Source of the DNA: an uncultured Enterobacteriaceae bacterium
Lineage (GTDB): Bacteria > Pseudomonadota > Gammaproteobacteria > Eutrophobiales > Eutrophobiaceae
NCBI GenBank assembly: GCA_964544965.1
Contig: CAZJED010000001.1
Coordinates: 1-57,851, forward strand
Direction of reading: 5' to 3'
Length of the DNA: 57,851 nucleotides
Positions 27,142 to 36,940 of the stretch are shown in pieces; positions within the stretch are counted from its first letter, which is position 1, and each line of letters starts with the position of its first letter. The position numbers and the translations under genes are program-made. The notes below the pieces were generated by a model. That model was not told the origin of the DNA. It did no database searches and was given only the letters and a program-made list of their open reading frames with translations.

Positions 27142-27927
27142 ATGTATTCATGCACCGTAGTAATGAAATATAAGTGTATAATTTTTGCTTTTTTACTAAG
27201 TACATTCGCAATAATAGTGCATTCTCAACAAACACCAGAGCCATCGATTTCAATCATAATTGATGATCTTGGCTATAAAGAAAAAGAAGATATGCTCGCA
27301 CTTTCCTTGCCTGGCCCAATAGCATATGCAATTCTTCCTCATGCTCCTTATACGCAAAAGGTTTCGGCAATTGCTTCCCGAAATGGTAAAGAAATACTTT
27401 TACATCAACCTATGCAAGCATTAAAAAATAATGAGTTGCTTGGCCCAGGAGCGCTAACATTAAATATGACTCAATATGAGTTTGAAGAAACATTGGAAAA
27501 AAATATGAATTTGATATCAAACATAATAGGTATAAATAATCATATGGGAAGTTTGCTGACACGTCACCCAGGTCATATGCAATGGCTAATGAATGTCCTA
27601 AAAAAAAATAAATACATTTATGTTGATAGTTTAACTAGTATTAATAGTGTTGCTAGTGAGATTGCAAAGAAAAATAAAATACCTTTTTTAAAAAGAGATA
27701 TATTTCTTGATAATAATAAAGATTTTGAATATATAACTAAAAAATTTCTTGAATTAATTGCTATAGCAAAAAAAGAAGGGACGGCACTAGCTATAGCTCA
27801 CTCACATTCTAATACTATAAAAATATTATCTAAATATTTACAAAATATAGATAAATATGGTGTGAAATTAATTGGAATTAAGTCGCTTATAAAAATAAGG
27901 AATAAGCAAAATTATATAGATACATAA
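27142..27927 (+). CDS. yibQ: Divergent polysaccharide deacetylase family protein (YibQ-like)
   Basis: 261 aa with a signal peptide and the motifs ISIIIDDLGY, INNHMGS and AIAHSH. Its position after envC/ctpA matches E. coli and Pseudomonas synteny. The start could instead be the Met at 27163. Confidence 0.75.
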   Translation: MYSCTVVMKYKCIIFAFLLSTFAIIVHSQQTPEPSISIIIDDLGYKEKEDMLALSLPGPIAYAILPHAPYTQKVSAIASRNGKEILLHQPMQALKNNELLGPGALTLNMTQYEFEETLEKNMNLISNIIGINNHMGSLLTRHPGHMQWLMNVLKKNKYIYVDSLTSINSVASEIAKKNKIPFLKRDIFLDNNKDFEYITKKFLELIAIAKKEGTALAIAHSHSNTIKILSKYLQNIDKYGVKLIGIKSLIKIRNKQNYIDT

Positions 27928-27931
27928 TTAA

Positions 27932-29590
27932 TTATTTATATTTCCAGGAAAGAAATACAAAAATTAATCCGAAGAAACCTAATATTAAAGAAGCAAGTGG
28001 GATTGAGATTATTGCTCCATGTGCTGTGTTGTTCATAGCATAAATAATTGATGATGATAAAATAAATCCAGATCCAATAACTGAAATAATTATTTTTCGA
28101 TTATATATTTTCATCTCTTTACGTAATTTGTGTATTTCATACGACTTATTCTCCATTTCTATTTTTCCTTCATATAATTTATCAATTAAATCAATTGTTC
28201 TATTTGGGAGTTCGGGCAAACGTTCAATTACCCTAGGTAGATTTAACATCGCACCTTTTATAAATCCTTTAACTCCCATGCGTTCACTCATCCAACGCAT
28301 CATCTCTGGTCTCGCTGTTTCCCACAAATCAAGCTGCGGATAAAGCTGTCTTCCAATGCCTTCAATATTTATAATAGTTTTTTGCAGCAATATTAATTGC
28401 GGCATTATCTCAACATCAAAACTACGAGCAATTTGAAAAAGTCTCTGTAATAATTCGCCCAACGAAATTTCATGAATAGGCCTATCTAGTAATGGTTCAC
28501 ATACAGTTCTAATTACACCTTCAAGTTCGTCAACTCTTGTTTCTCGTGGCACCCAGCCAGACTGAATATGCAAGACTGCAACTCTATGATAATCACGGTT
28601 TAGAAATGCAACTAAATTATCGGCAAGATAATGTTGATCAAATTCAGTTAATGAGCACATAATGCCAAAATCAATAACTTTAATTACTGGTAATTCCTTT
28701 TTTTTACCCGGAGAGACGAAAATATTTCCTGGATGCATATCAGCGTGAAAAAAATTATCCCTAAAAACTTGTGTAAAAAATATTTCAACGCCAAATTCTG
28801 CCAAAGATTTTAAATCTATATTAGCAGTCTTTAGAGCACTAATATCACGTATTGGTATCCCTTCAACACGTTCAATGGCGAGTACATTTCTTTTTGTCAG
28901 CTCCCAGTCAATTTTAGGAACATAATATCTATTTTCATTTTCAAAATTACGCTGTAATTGAGATGCATTTGATGCTTCCCTTTGCAAATCTAATTCATTA
29001 AAAATAGTTTTTTCAAATTCTTTTATAACTCCAGTAAATTTTAAAGATTTTGCATTCTTGTTATATCTTTCTGCTTTTTCAGCTAATAAATGCAATAAAT
29101 CTAGGTCCTTTCTTATTACTAACTCAATATCTGGGCGTATAACCTTAATAATAAAATCACGCCCGTCTTTAAGTGTTGCGCTATGCACCTGTGCGACTGA
29201 TGCTGAGGCTAATGGTGTTTCATTAAATTCCTGAAAAACATCATCAATGTTACAACCATAAGCATCTTCAATAATTTTCCTCGCAATCTTTCCAGGAAAA
29301 GGGGGAACATTATCTTGTAATTTTGCAAATTGATCGGCAATATCTTCTGGGATTAAATCACGACGTGTGGATAGTATCTGTCCTAACTTTACATAGATAG
29401 GCCCTAATTCTTCTAACATTAAACGTATTCTTACTGCTCTTGTTTCTTTATTTTTAGTAAACCAATTCCAAGGTAAGATATAAAAAAGAAAACGAATAGG
29501 TCTTAATAAGTGTGTAGCAAAGATAATTTCATCTAGACCGTGTGAAATTAATACCTTCTGTATTGCTAATAAACGTAAAAACTGTGACAC
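27932..29590 (-). CDS. ubiB: Ubiquinone biosynthesis regulatory kinase-like protein UbiB
   Basis: 552 aa with an ABC1/UbiB kinase-like core (LGPIYVKLGQILSTRRDL, ASASVAQVH, FHADMHPGNIF, IDFGIM) and C-terminal TM helices. Confidence 0.95.
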   Translation of the reverse strand: MSQFLRLLAIQKVLISHGLDEIIFATHLLRPIRFLFYILPWNWFTKNKETRAVRIRLMLEELGPIYVKLGQILSTRRDLIPEDIADQFAKLQDNVPPFPGKIARKIIEDAYGCNIDDVFQEFNETPLASASVAQVHSATLKDGRDFIIKVIRPDIELVIRKDLDLLHLLAEKAERYNKNAKSLKFTGVIKEFEKTIFNELDLQREASNASQLQRNFENENRYYVPKIDWELTKRNVLAIERVEGIPIRDISALKTANIDLKSLAEFGVEIFFTQVFRDNFFHADMHPGNIFVSPGKKKELPVIKVIDFGIMCSLTEFDQHYLADNLVAFLNRDYHRVAVLHIQSGWVPRETRVDELEGVIRTVCEPLLDRPIHEISLGELLQRLFQIARSFDVEIMPQLILLQKTIINIEGIGRQLYPQLDLWETARPEMMRWMSERMGVKGFIKGAMLNLPRVIERLPELPNRTIDLIDKLYEGKIEMENKSYEIHKLRKEMKIYNRKIIISVIGSGFILSSSIIYAMNNTAHGAIISIPLASLILGFFGLIFVFLSWKYK

Positions 29591-29592
29591 GA

Positions 29593-30213
29593 TTATATAT
29601 TCTTCCTATTTTTTGACAAAAAATTATTAATTTTATCAATTCTTTTTGAAATTAACTCTGTTTCGTCTCGAAGACAATCGACTTCTTTATTAAATTCATT
29701 TATTAATAACTCATCTGGAAGCATTTCAACCTCAAAACGTAAATATTCACTAGTATCTGACATAATTGTTTCAACTATTGAAAATGTGGAGCTTGATGCT
29801 TTTCGTATAAATCTGCCAATTTGAAACGCAAGTGTATCACCAAGAAATTTAGATAGTGGATCTTCGAAATCTACTTTTAGATTACTTATTATATTTTGAA
29901 AATCTCGTGCAAGAGTTGTATCTCCCACAATCTTCATATTAATGGGTAGAATTAGAGGTTGAATTTTTAAAGGAAGTATTGTTTTTAAAAAACTATCTAG
30001 TGTACTTTTTATTGACACATCTGGATCTACGTCACATTCAGTATTAATACTCAATCTATTCTCGATAGGTGTTATATATAATTTTAGCTCTGTGTTTTCA
30101 AATTCTAAAGCAATAATCTTTTTATTAATTTTTTTTAATGCGTAGCAAGCTTCCTCATCAAGACATAATATCTTGTTAATATAATTTTCAAATTTACTAA
30201 TCCAAAATTGCAT
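29593..30213 (-). CDS. ubiJ: Ubiquinone biosynthesis accessory factor UbiJ (SCP2 domain)
   Basis: 206 aa lying between ubiE and ubiB, exactly like E. coli yigP/ubiJ. Sequence similarity was judged only loosely, so the call rests mainly on synteny. Confidence 0.65.
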   Translation of the reverse strand: MQFWISKFENYINKILCLDEEACYALKKINKKIIALEFENTELKLYITPIENRLSINTECDVDPDVSIKSTLDSFLKTILPLKIQPLILPINMKIVGDTTLARDFQNIISNLKVDFEDPLSKFLGDTLAFQIGRFIRKASSSTFSIVETIMSDTSEYLRFEVEMLPDELLINEFNKEVDCLRDETELISKRIDKINNFLSKNRKNI

Positions 30214-30230
30214 AATTTACTCAAAAAAAT

Positions 30231-30977
30231 TCATATTTTATAACCCCGATGAACTGCAGCTATTCCACTAGAAAGATTATAATACTCAATATTTCTAAAC
30301 CCCGCCTCCTCCATCATTAATGACAATTCTTCCTGATCAGGATGCATGTTAATTGACTCCACTAAATATTTATAACTTCTCTCATTTCCAGAAATCGCTT
30401 TACCTAATTTTGGGATAAATTTAAATGAATATTTCTGATACAGCTTATCTAATAATGGAATTGTGACTTTAGAAAATTCTAAGATAACTAATTGTGAGCC
30501 ATATTTAAGTTTTTTATATATTGATTCTAATGCAATATTTTTGTTAGCGACATTTCGAAGTCCGAAAGCAATTATGACAAAATCAAAACTATTATCTCTG
30601 AATGGTAAATTTTCCGCATTTGCCCTTATATAATTTATACCTTTTATTATTCCTGTATTGATAAGATTTTCTCTTCCCTGATTTAACATATCTTCATTTA
30701 TATCACACAATGTAATGTTTCCATCTTTCCCTAATTTCTTATAAACCAGTTTTGTAATATCTCCAGTTCCGCCAGCTAAATCAAGAACACAAGAATCTCT
30801 CCTAATCCCGCTGATGTTTACAGCAAAACGTTTCCATAATCTATGAATACCAAATGACATAACATCATTCATTAAATCATAATCATTCGTAACAGATGAA
30901 AAAACTTCGTTAACGCGCTTAGTTTTTTCTATAGGGGAAACTTTCTCATAACCAAAATCTGTTTCTTTCTTAGCCAT
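30231..30977 (-). CDS. ubiE: Demethylmenaquinone/ubiquinone C-methyltransferase
   Basis: Motifs YDLMNDVMSFGIHRLWKR, VLDLAGGTGD and FGLRNV are present. Confidence 0.95.
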   Translation of the reverse strand: MAKKETDFGYEKVSPIEKTKRVNEVFSSVTNDYDLMNDVMSFGIHRLWKRFAVNISGIRRDSCVLDLAGGTGDITKLVYKKLGKDGNITLCDINEDMLNQGRENLINTGIIKGINYIRANAENLPFRDNSFDFVIIAFGLRNVANKNIALESIYKKLKYGSQLVILEFSKVTIPLLDKLYQKYSFKFIPKLGKAISGNERSYKYLVESINMHPDQEELSLMMEEAGFRNIEYYNLSSGIAAVHRGYKI

Positions 30978-30981
30978 ATTT

Positions 30982-31341
30982 TTAGCGAATGTACCCCGAT
31001 TTATTTAATTTATGAAGATAGCCTTTCCAATAATTCTCTTGATTCTGTCCTAACTCATATAAATAATTCCAAGTATACAAGCCCGTTTCGTGACCATCAT
31101 CAAACACGATACGAACAGCATAATTACCAATGGGCTGGACTTCACTAATATTTATGTTTTCCTTGCCGGTCTGTAATACCTCCTGACCAGGACCATGTCC
31201 TTTTACCTCTGCTGATGGAGAAAAAACTCGCAGATATTCGCATGGTAATTTAAAAGTTACTCCATTGTCATAAACAATTTCTAGAATCTTGGACTGTTTA
31301 TGCAAAGATATAGTCAACGGGTGTAAATTACTCTCGGTCAT
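30982..31341 (-). CDS. DUF971 (gamma-butyrobetaine hydroxylase N-terminal-like) protein
   Basis: 119 aa with the motifs YLRVFSPSAEV, I.PIGNYAVRIVFDDGHETGLYTW.YL typical of DUF971. Its stop lies 4 nt upstream of the ubiE start. Confidence 0.75.
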   Translation of the reverse strand: MTESNLHPLTISLHKQSKILEIVYDNGVTFKLPCEYLRVFSPSAEVKGHGPGQEVLQTGKENINISEVQPIGNYAVRIVFDDGHETGLYTWNYLYELGQNQENYWKGYLHKLNKSGYIR

Positions 31342-31448
31342 TTTTCGTTAATGCCTACTTAATATTTTTTGTTTTTAAAAAATTGTGTGCAAAAATTTAC
31401 AGGCAACAATTTTACATTAGCCAAAATTAAGGCTTAAGTAAAACAGGC

Positions 31449-32363
31449 CTAAATATTATTTTTCCTTTGTTTTTTTTTACGCGCTCTCGGGTGTGTTTTA
31501 TCATAAACTTGGGCTAAATGTTGAAAGTCTAGATGAGTATAAACCTGTGTTGTACTAATATCTGCGTGTCCTAATAGTTCCTGTACTGCACGCAGATCGC
31601 CACTTGACTCCAAAATATGACTAGCAAATGAGTGCCTTAACATATGAGGGTGAACATGGCTTGACAACCCTTGCTTTTTTGCCCATTTCTTAATGCGCTC
31701 CTGTATAGATCTCGGGCTAATACGTCTACCTCTATTGCTGATAAAAAGAGCCTTTTCATCATCATTTTTAATTAGATTTTGTCTATTTCTAAGCCAATCT
31801 TCTACCGCAATAATTGCGTATTTACCTACTGGGAGATTACGTGTTTTTTTACCTTTCCCAATAACAGTTAATACCTTATCGATAAAATCAATATCATCTA
31901 CATCTAAACTCATAACTTCGGTCAAACGCAATCCAGATGAATAAATTAATTCGAGTATAGCTTTATCTCGAATTGCTAATACATCTTTCTCTTCAATTTC
32001 TAATAATTGGCAAGTTTGATCGGCATCAAGTAATTTTGGTAATTTTCGATCTACCTTTGGAGTTATTATTCCTTCCGTAGGATTTATTTTTACTTCGCCT
32101 ATTTTAAGTAAATATCTGTAAAAAGCTCTAATTGAAGATAGGTTTCTTTGTAGTGAGCGACCTGAAATACCTTTGCGATGCCTATTAGAAATAAAATCTC
32201 TCAGCTGTTGACTTCTAAGGTCAGACCATTTTTGAATATTTTGCTTAATACAATATGTCTGTAAATAATTCAGATCGCGATGGTATGCATCGCGAGTATA
32301 TTTTGATAGGTAATGTAGCGTATCTTCAAAAGAATTTAGTAATTGTGCCTCCGATGAGTACAT
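31449..32363 (-). CDS. xerC: Tyrosine recombinase XerC
   Basis: It has the catalytic residues in GLRLTE, HMLRHSFASH and LLGHADISTTQVYTH. It follows dapF-DUF484 as in E. coli dapF-yigA-xerC. Confidence 0.85.
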   Translation of the reverse strand: MYSSEAQLLNSFEDTLHYLSKYTRDAYHRDLNYLQTYCIKQNIQKWSDLRSQQLRDFISNRHRKGISGRSLQRNLSSIRAFYRYLLKIGEVKINPTEGIITPKVDRKLPKLLDADQTCQLLEIEEKDVLAIRDKAILELIYSSGLRLTEVMSLDVDDIDFIDKVLTVIGKGKKTRNLPVGKYAIIAVEDWLRNRQNLIKNDDEKALFISNRGRRISPRSIQERIKKWAKKQGLSSHVHPHMLRHSFASHILESSGDLRAVQELLGHADISTTQVYTHLDFQHLAQVYDKTHPRARKKKQRKNNI

Positions 32364-32371
32364 AAAAAAAT

Positions 32372-33079
32372 CTAATTTTCTTTAACCCATGGTTTTATTA
32401 TAAAACTTAAAATCTCAGCAAAATTAGAAAGTAATTCTATACCCATACCTGACTGAAAATGCTCTTCGTCAAAACTTCCGATAGCAAGTATACCTCCCCA
32501 ACCATGCCCATGTAGAGGTATCATTACTGATGATGCTATATCATCACCGTCTTCGCCAAACAAAAACACCTGTTGTTGCCTCTTCATTTTACCGCTTAGT
32601 GGTTCTAGTTTTTTTATAATACTTCTAAATAACAACTCTTCTAAAGAATCTTTGCCTACAAATTCTTCTGTTAGAGAACTAGAAACAAGGATAGGATTTG
32701 CAAATAGTTTCACAACAACTCTATCAGCATAAAAATTTTTCTTTAAATTCTTATATAATGTTGAAAAAATATCTTCTGGATCATTTTCATTCATTAAAGT
32801 AAGTGCTAATTGATGCATACGACGAGCAAGTTTTTCATTTTGGCGTGCTATTTCTATTAACTCGTGTATTTTTTTTTGAGTTTCCTGATTTTGACTACGT
32901 AATATCGCTAATTGTTTTTCAACAAGTGAAATTGCATCCCCGCTCTCATGTGGTATTTTTAATTCGGCAATAATCGAAGGATTCTTAACAAAAAAATCTA
33001 GATTATCCCTTAAATAATCAGAAACTAAATTTTCTGTAGAACGTTTAGACATATGATTTTCTTTTTCCTTTAAACTCAT
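32372..33079 (-). CDS. DUF484 (YigA-like, GAF-type) protein
   Basis: 235 aa with the N-terminus YLRDNLDFF. It lies between dapF and xerC, and its start overlaps the dapF stop (ATGA). Confidence 0.75.
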   Translation of the reverse strand: MSLKEKENHMSKRSTENLVSDYLRDNLDFFVKNPSIIAELKIPHESGDAISLVEKQLAILRSQNQETQKKIHELIEIARQNEKLARRMHQLALTLMNENDPEDIFSTLYKNLKKNFYADRVVVKLFANPILVSSSLTEEFVGKDSLEELLFRSIIKKLEPLSGKMKRQQQVFLFGEDGDDIASSVMIPLHGHGWGGILAIGSFDEEHFQSGMGIELLSNFAEILSFIIKPWVKEN

Positions 33080-33906
33080 AATTCAATTTCCCCTTCATAA
33101 ACTGTCTCTACAAAACCACTCATATATATATAATTTTCACCGCCCTTCCAGCGTAAGGTCAAATGACCTCCACGTAATTCTACATCCACTACCTCTTCTA
33201 GATGACCTTGTTGATAAGCAACAGCAACAGCTGCACAAGCACCACTGCCACAAGCAAGGGTCTCCCCGACTCCACGTTCATAAACACGAAGTTTAATATT
33301 TTTTCGATCTAAAATTTGAACAAAACCAACATTTACTCCTTCAGGAAATATCCCATGTTTTTGGAAGACATCACCGGTGGTTTTTACAGAAGCTAAATCA
33401 ACATCATCTACAATTATAACTGCGTGTGGGTTTCCAATTGACATAGCTCCAAAAACAATTTCCTTGTTGTCAAGCTTCAATAAATAGTTTTCTAATCTTT
33501 CATCAACATCTAATGGAATATCAACTGGCTCAAATTTTGGCATACCCATATTCACAGTAACAGATTGATTATCATCAATTGTTAAAATAAGCTGGCTACT
33601 TTTAGTCTCTGCTATAATATTATTTTTCTCAACTAATCCTTTACTTTTAAGGTATACGGCAACACAACGAGCACCATTGCCGCATTGAAAAACCTCAGTG
33701 CCATCAGAGTTAAATATTCTATAATAAACATCTGCTTCATTATTCTTTGATGGCCCTACTAATAAAACTTGATCGCAGCCAATACCTAAATGTCTATCTG
33801 CTATTTTTTTTATTTGTTCGCTACTTAACGACAGAGGGGCTGAGAATGTATCAAATATAATAAAATCATTCCCTGTGCCTTGCATTTTAGTAAAATTAGT
33901 AATCAT
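33076..33906 (-). CDS. dapF: Diaminopimelate epimerase
   Basis: It has FTKMQGTGNDF and both catalytic Cys motifs (FNSDGTEVFQCGNGARC, ETLACGSGACAA). Confidence 0.95.
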   Translation of the reverse strand: MITNFTKMQGTGNDFIIFDTFSAPLSLSSEQIKKIADRHLGIGCDQVLLVGPSKNNEADVYYRIFNSDGTEVFQCGNGARCVAVYLKSKGLVEKNNIIAETKSSQLILTIDDNQSVTVNMGMPKFEPVDIPLDVDERLENYLLKLDNKEIVFGAMSIGNPHAVIIVDDVDLASVKTTGDVFQKHGIFPEGVNVGFVQILDRKNIKLRVYERGVGETLACGSGACAAVAVAYQQGHLEEVVDVELRGGHLTLRWKGGENYIYMSGFVETVYEGEIEL

Positions 33907-33940
33907 TTCTCAAATTAGCTATTTAAATTGCTTTATTTTT

Positions 33941-35041
33941 TTATTTTTGATTAGAAATATCACTACTCGATGAAATATGTAATGTTGATGTCGGGAAAGC
34001 GCATTCCGCACCGTTAGATTCAATTATATTTATAATTTTCAATAGTACATCTTGTTTAATTTCATGATAACGAACCCAATCTATAGTTTTAGTAAAAGTA
34101 TATATAAAAAAATCTAATGAAGATGGAGCAAATTCATTAAAATTTACTATTAAGGTTTTTGTTGTATCAATATCAGCATGATTCTTGAGCATTTCTTTTA
34201 CATCACCGATAATTTTTTCCATTTTAGATAAATCATCATAGCGAATGCCTATAGTTTCTTTGATTCTTCTATTTAACATTCTTGATGGATTCTCAACAGA
34301 GACATTATTAAAGACTGCATTTGGAACATACAAAGGCCGCTTATCAAATGTCCTAATAGTTGTTGATCTCCATCCTATTTTTTCAACGGTTCCTTCAATT
34401 TCTTTATCAGGCGAACGAATCCAATCGCCAACACTAAAAGGACGATCCATATAAATCATTAAACCGCCAAAGAAATTAGCCAATAAATCACGTGCTGCAA
34501 ATCCAACAGCAATCCCCCCAACACCTCCAAAAGCTAATACGCCAGAAATACTGTAGCCAAGTGATTGGAGTGCTATTAAAAAACCAATAATAATTACTGA
34601 AATGCGAAGCAATTTAGCTATAGCATCAACTGTAGTTTGGTCAATTTCCTCACTAGTAGTTTGTTTGACTGAAATAATATTCTTTTCAAAACACGTTATA
34701 AATCGTATTAGAAACCAACAGATAATAATTAACACGGCTATTTGATATAAGGACGAAACTGCGCCAAGTATAATCAACTTGTTATGTTCATCTATTATAT
34801 TCACAGAAAAAGTAAGCGCTGTTATCCAAACTAAAACTGATAATGGTTTTTCCGCAGCATCAAGAATTGCATCATCCCAAATTATTTTTGTTTTTTTGAG
34901 TTTTAAAATAATTTTATGATGATATCTTTTCAACATCCAATTTAAGAAAATAGCAACAATAATGATAATAAAAATTTCGGCTACCCATGTATGTTCACCA
35001 AAGAGGTTTCTGGTGATCTCTGTTAATTCTGAAAATTTCAT
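33941..35041 (-). CDS. Mechanosensitive ion channel, MscS family
   Basis: 366 aa with N-terminal TM helices, the pore helix GGVGGIAVGFAARDLLANFFGG and the beta-domain motif MDRPFSVGDWI. Confidence 0.85.
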   Translation of the reverse strand: MKFSELTEITRNLFGEHTWVAEIFIIIIVAIFLNWMLKRYHHKIILKLKKTKIIWDDAILDAAEKPLSVLVWITALTFSVNIIDEHNKLIILGAVSSLYQIAVLIIICWFLIRFITCFEKNIISVKQTTSEEIDQTTVDAIAKLLRISVIIIGFLIALQSLGYSISGVLAFGGVGGIAVGFAARDLLANFFGGLMIYMDRPFSVGDWIRSPDKEIEGTVEKIGWRSTTIRTFDKRPLYVPNAVFNNVSVENPSRMLNRRIKETIGIRYDDLSKMEKIIGDVKEMLKNHADIDTTKTLIVNFNEFAPSSLDFFIYTFTKTIDWVRYHEIKQDVLLKIINIIESNGAECAFPTSTLHISSSSDISNQK

Positions 35042-35099
35042 TTAGTCTTACCTGTAATTAAAAATCTCTGTTAATAATAGCTCACTAAGAATAACTTCG

Positions 35100-36143
35100 T
35101 TAATTTTGAAAACTCTCAATTCTCTTTGAACACTTTTGCCATAATTTATTATTTTTCAAATCATCATATCTGTAATTAAATTTACCGCGCATTTTTTCCA
35201 AACAATTTAAAGATTCAAACTCAGCAAATTTTTCAGATTCATCAAGCACAGAAATTAAACCTTTTTTATTGTTACAGATTAGCGCTATATCACAACCAGC
35301 TTTTAGTGTAAGTCTTGTTCTTTCGGTATAATTCCCAATAATCTCGGCACCGGCCATACTAAGATCATCACTAAAAATTGTACCCTTAAAATTCAATTTT
35401 TTTCTCAAAATATCCTTTATCCAAACAGAAGAAAATCCTGCAGGAAGTGTATCAATTTCCGAATATATAACATGTGCCGGCATTAGTCCTGAAATACCGA
35501 AATCAATTAGTAATTTGAAAGGTATCAAATCGTGGGTATTAATATCACTAAACGAACGAGGGTCAAGTGGTATAGAAAAATGAGAATCTTCAGCTACTGA
35601 GCCATGGCCGGGGAAATGTTTCCCAACAGCTGCCATACCTGCTTCATTCATTCCTGTCACAAAAGCCCGCGCTAATTTTGAAATTTTTTCAGGATCAACA
35701 TCAAATGCACGGTCGCCTATTACCTTACTAATACTTCCACCGACATCAAGCACAGGAGCAAAACTGAAATCAACTCCTACCGATAAAAGCTCGGCTGCCA
35801 TAAGCCAACCAGTTTGCCTTGCCAGCAATTGAGCTTCCTCTATTGATTCAATAGAACCGAATAAACCGCATGCTGGTAATTGACTAAAACCATTTCGAAA
35901 ACGCTGAACTCTACCGCCTTCATGATCTACAGCAATTAATAATGAAGGTTGACGTAATCTATGAATTTCTTCTTTTAATTCTACTAATTGTTTTGGTGAT
36001 TCAAAATTACGTGAAAATAAAATAATACCGCCGATCAATGGATGTAATAATATTTCACGCTCGCTCTCATCTAATTGAGGACCGTCTATGTCACACATAA
36101 TCGAGCCTAATTTTAAATCTTTAGGTGTTATGTACGATTTCAT
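35100..36143 (-). CDS. nagZ: Beta-N-acetylhexosaminidase NagZ (GH3)
   Basis: Motifs GGIILFSRN, DHEGGRVQRF and KHFPGHG are present. I prefer the ATG at 36143, which overlaps the upstream permease stop as ATGA, over the track start at 36200. Confidence 0.9.
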   Translation of the reverse strand: MKSYITPKDLKLGSIMCDIDGPQLDESEREILLHPLIGGIILFSRNFESPKQLVELKEEIHRLRQPSLLIAVDHEGGRVQRFRNGFSQLPACGLFGSIESIEEAQLLARQTGWLMAAELLSVGVDFSFAPVLDVGGSISKVIGDRAFDVDPEKISKLARAFVTGMNEAGMAAVGKHFPGHGSVAEDSHFSIPLDPRSFSDINTHDLIPFKLLIDFGISGLMPAHVIYSEIDTLPAGFSSVWIKDILRKKLNFKGTIFSDDLSMAGAEIIGNYTERTRLTLKAGCDIALICNNKKGLISVLDESEKFAEFESLNCLEKMRGKFNYRYDDLKNNKLWQKCSKRIESFQN

Positions 36144-36940
36144 TTTGAGCCTCTTATATCCATTTTTTCCCTTAGGCAGTCGCCCAGAAGATTTACACAT
36201 AATACCAACGAAAGAATAGCAAATCCTGGTCCTAAAACCATATGTGGAGCGACTAACATATACTGGGTACCATCTCGAATCATGCTACCCCAGGATGCAG
36301 AAGGAGGTTGTATGCCTAGACCTAAAAATGATAGGCCTGCCTCAGCAATAATGACACTCGCGACTGAAAATGTTGCCTCAATAATTAACGGAGCAATTAT
36401 TAATGGTAAAATGTGTCTATATGTAATCACATAATCTAATGTGCCTAGAGCGTGTGCCGCAATAATATGATCTCGATTTTTAATGCTTAATGTTTGTATT
36501 CTAGCTAATCTCGAAAAACCAACCCAACTTACAACCGATAAGGCTATAACTGTATTTGTAAGTCCTGGTCCTAACAATCCAGCCAAGACGATTGCTAACA
36601 AAATTCCGGGAAAAGCGATAAAAATGTCGATCATAACTACAAGAAATTTATCATAAATCCCCCCAAACCACGCCCCAATTACACCAAAAAAAGTTCCGAC
36701 AACAAAAGATATAAGTACAACAATAATTGCAACACTAAATGACGTTTTTGCTCCCATTATTAGGCGTTCACAAATTGGACGACCTAGATGATCATAACCA
36801 CACCATTGCTCCCAACCCGGACCTAATAAAATTTTATCTAATGAAATTTGATCGGGTTGCAAGGGTAATATTAGTCCTAATATTCCACAAACAAACCAAA
36901 ATATAACTACAAAAAAAGGTATATTGAATTTCTTCTTCAT
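36140..36940 (-). CDS. ABC transporter permease, OppC/DppC type
   Basis: 266 aa with 6 TM segments and an EAA-like loop (ARIQTLSIKNRDHIIAAHALG). Confidence 0.9.
   Translation of the reverse strand: MKKKFNIPFFVVIFWFVCGILGLILPLQPDQISLDKILLGPGWEQWCGYDHLGRPICERLIMGAKTSFSVAIIVVLISFVVGTFFGVIGAWFGGIYDKFLVVMIDIFIAFPGILLAIVLAGLLGPGLTNTVIALSVVSWVGFSRLARIQTLSIKNRDHIIAAHALGTLDYVITYRHILPLIIAPLIIEATFSVASVIIAEAGLSFLGLGIQPPSASWGSMIRDGTQYMLVAPHMVLGPGFAILSLVLCVNLLGDCLREKMDIRGSK

Noticed and set aside
31449-32363. XerC as a possible marker of an integrated mobile element
   Set aside because: It sits in the canonical dapF-DUF484-xerC housekeeping context. It has no flanking repeats, no att-like sites and no cargo genes, so it is the chromosome dimer resolution recombinase.
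36144-36200. N-terminal extension of NagZ (MCKSSGRLPKGKNGYKRLK) overlapping the permease gene
   Set aside because: The internal ATG at 36143 forms an ATGA overlap with the permease stop and gives a normal NagZ N-terminus. The extension is probably not translated.
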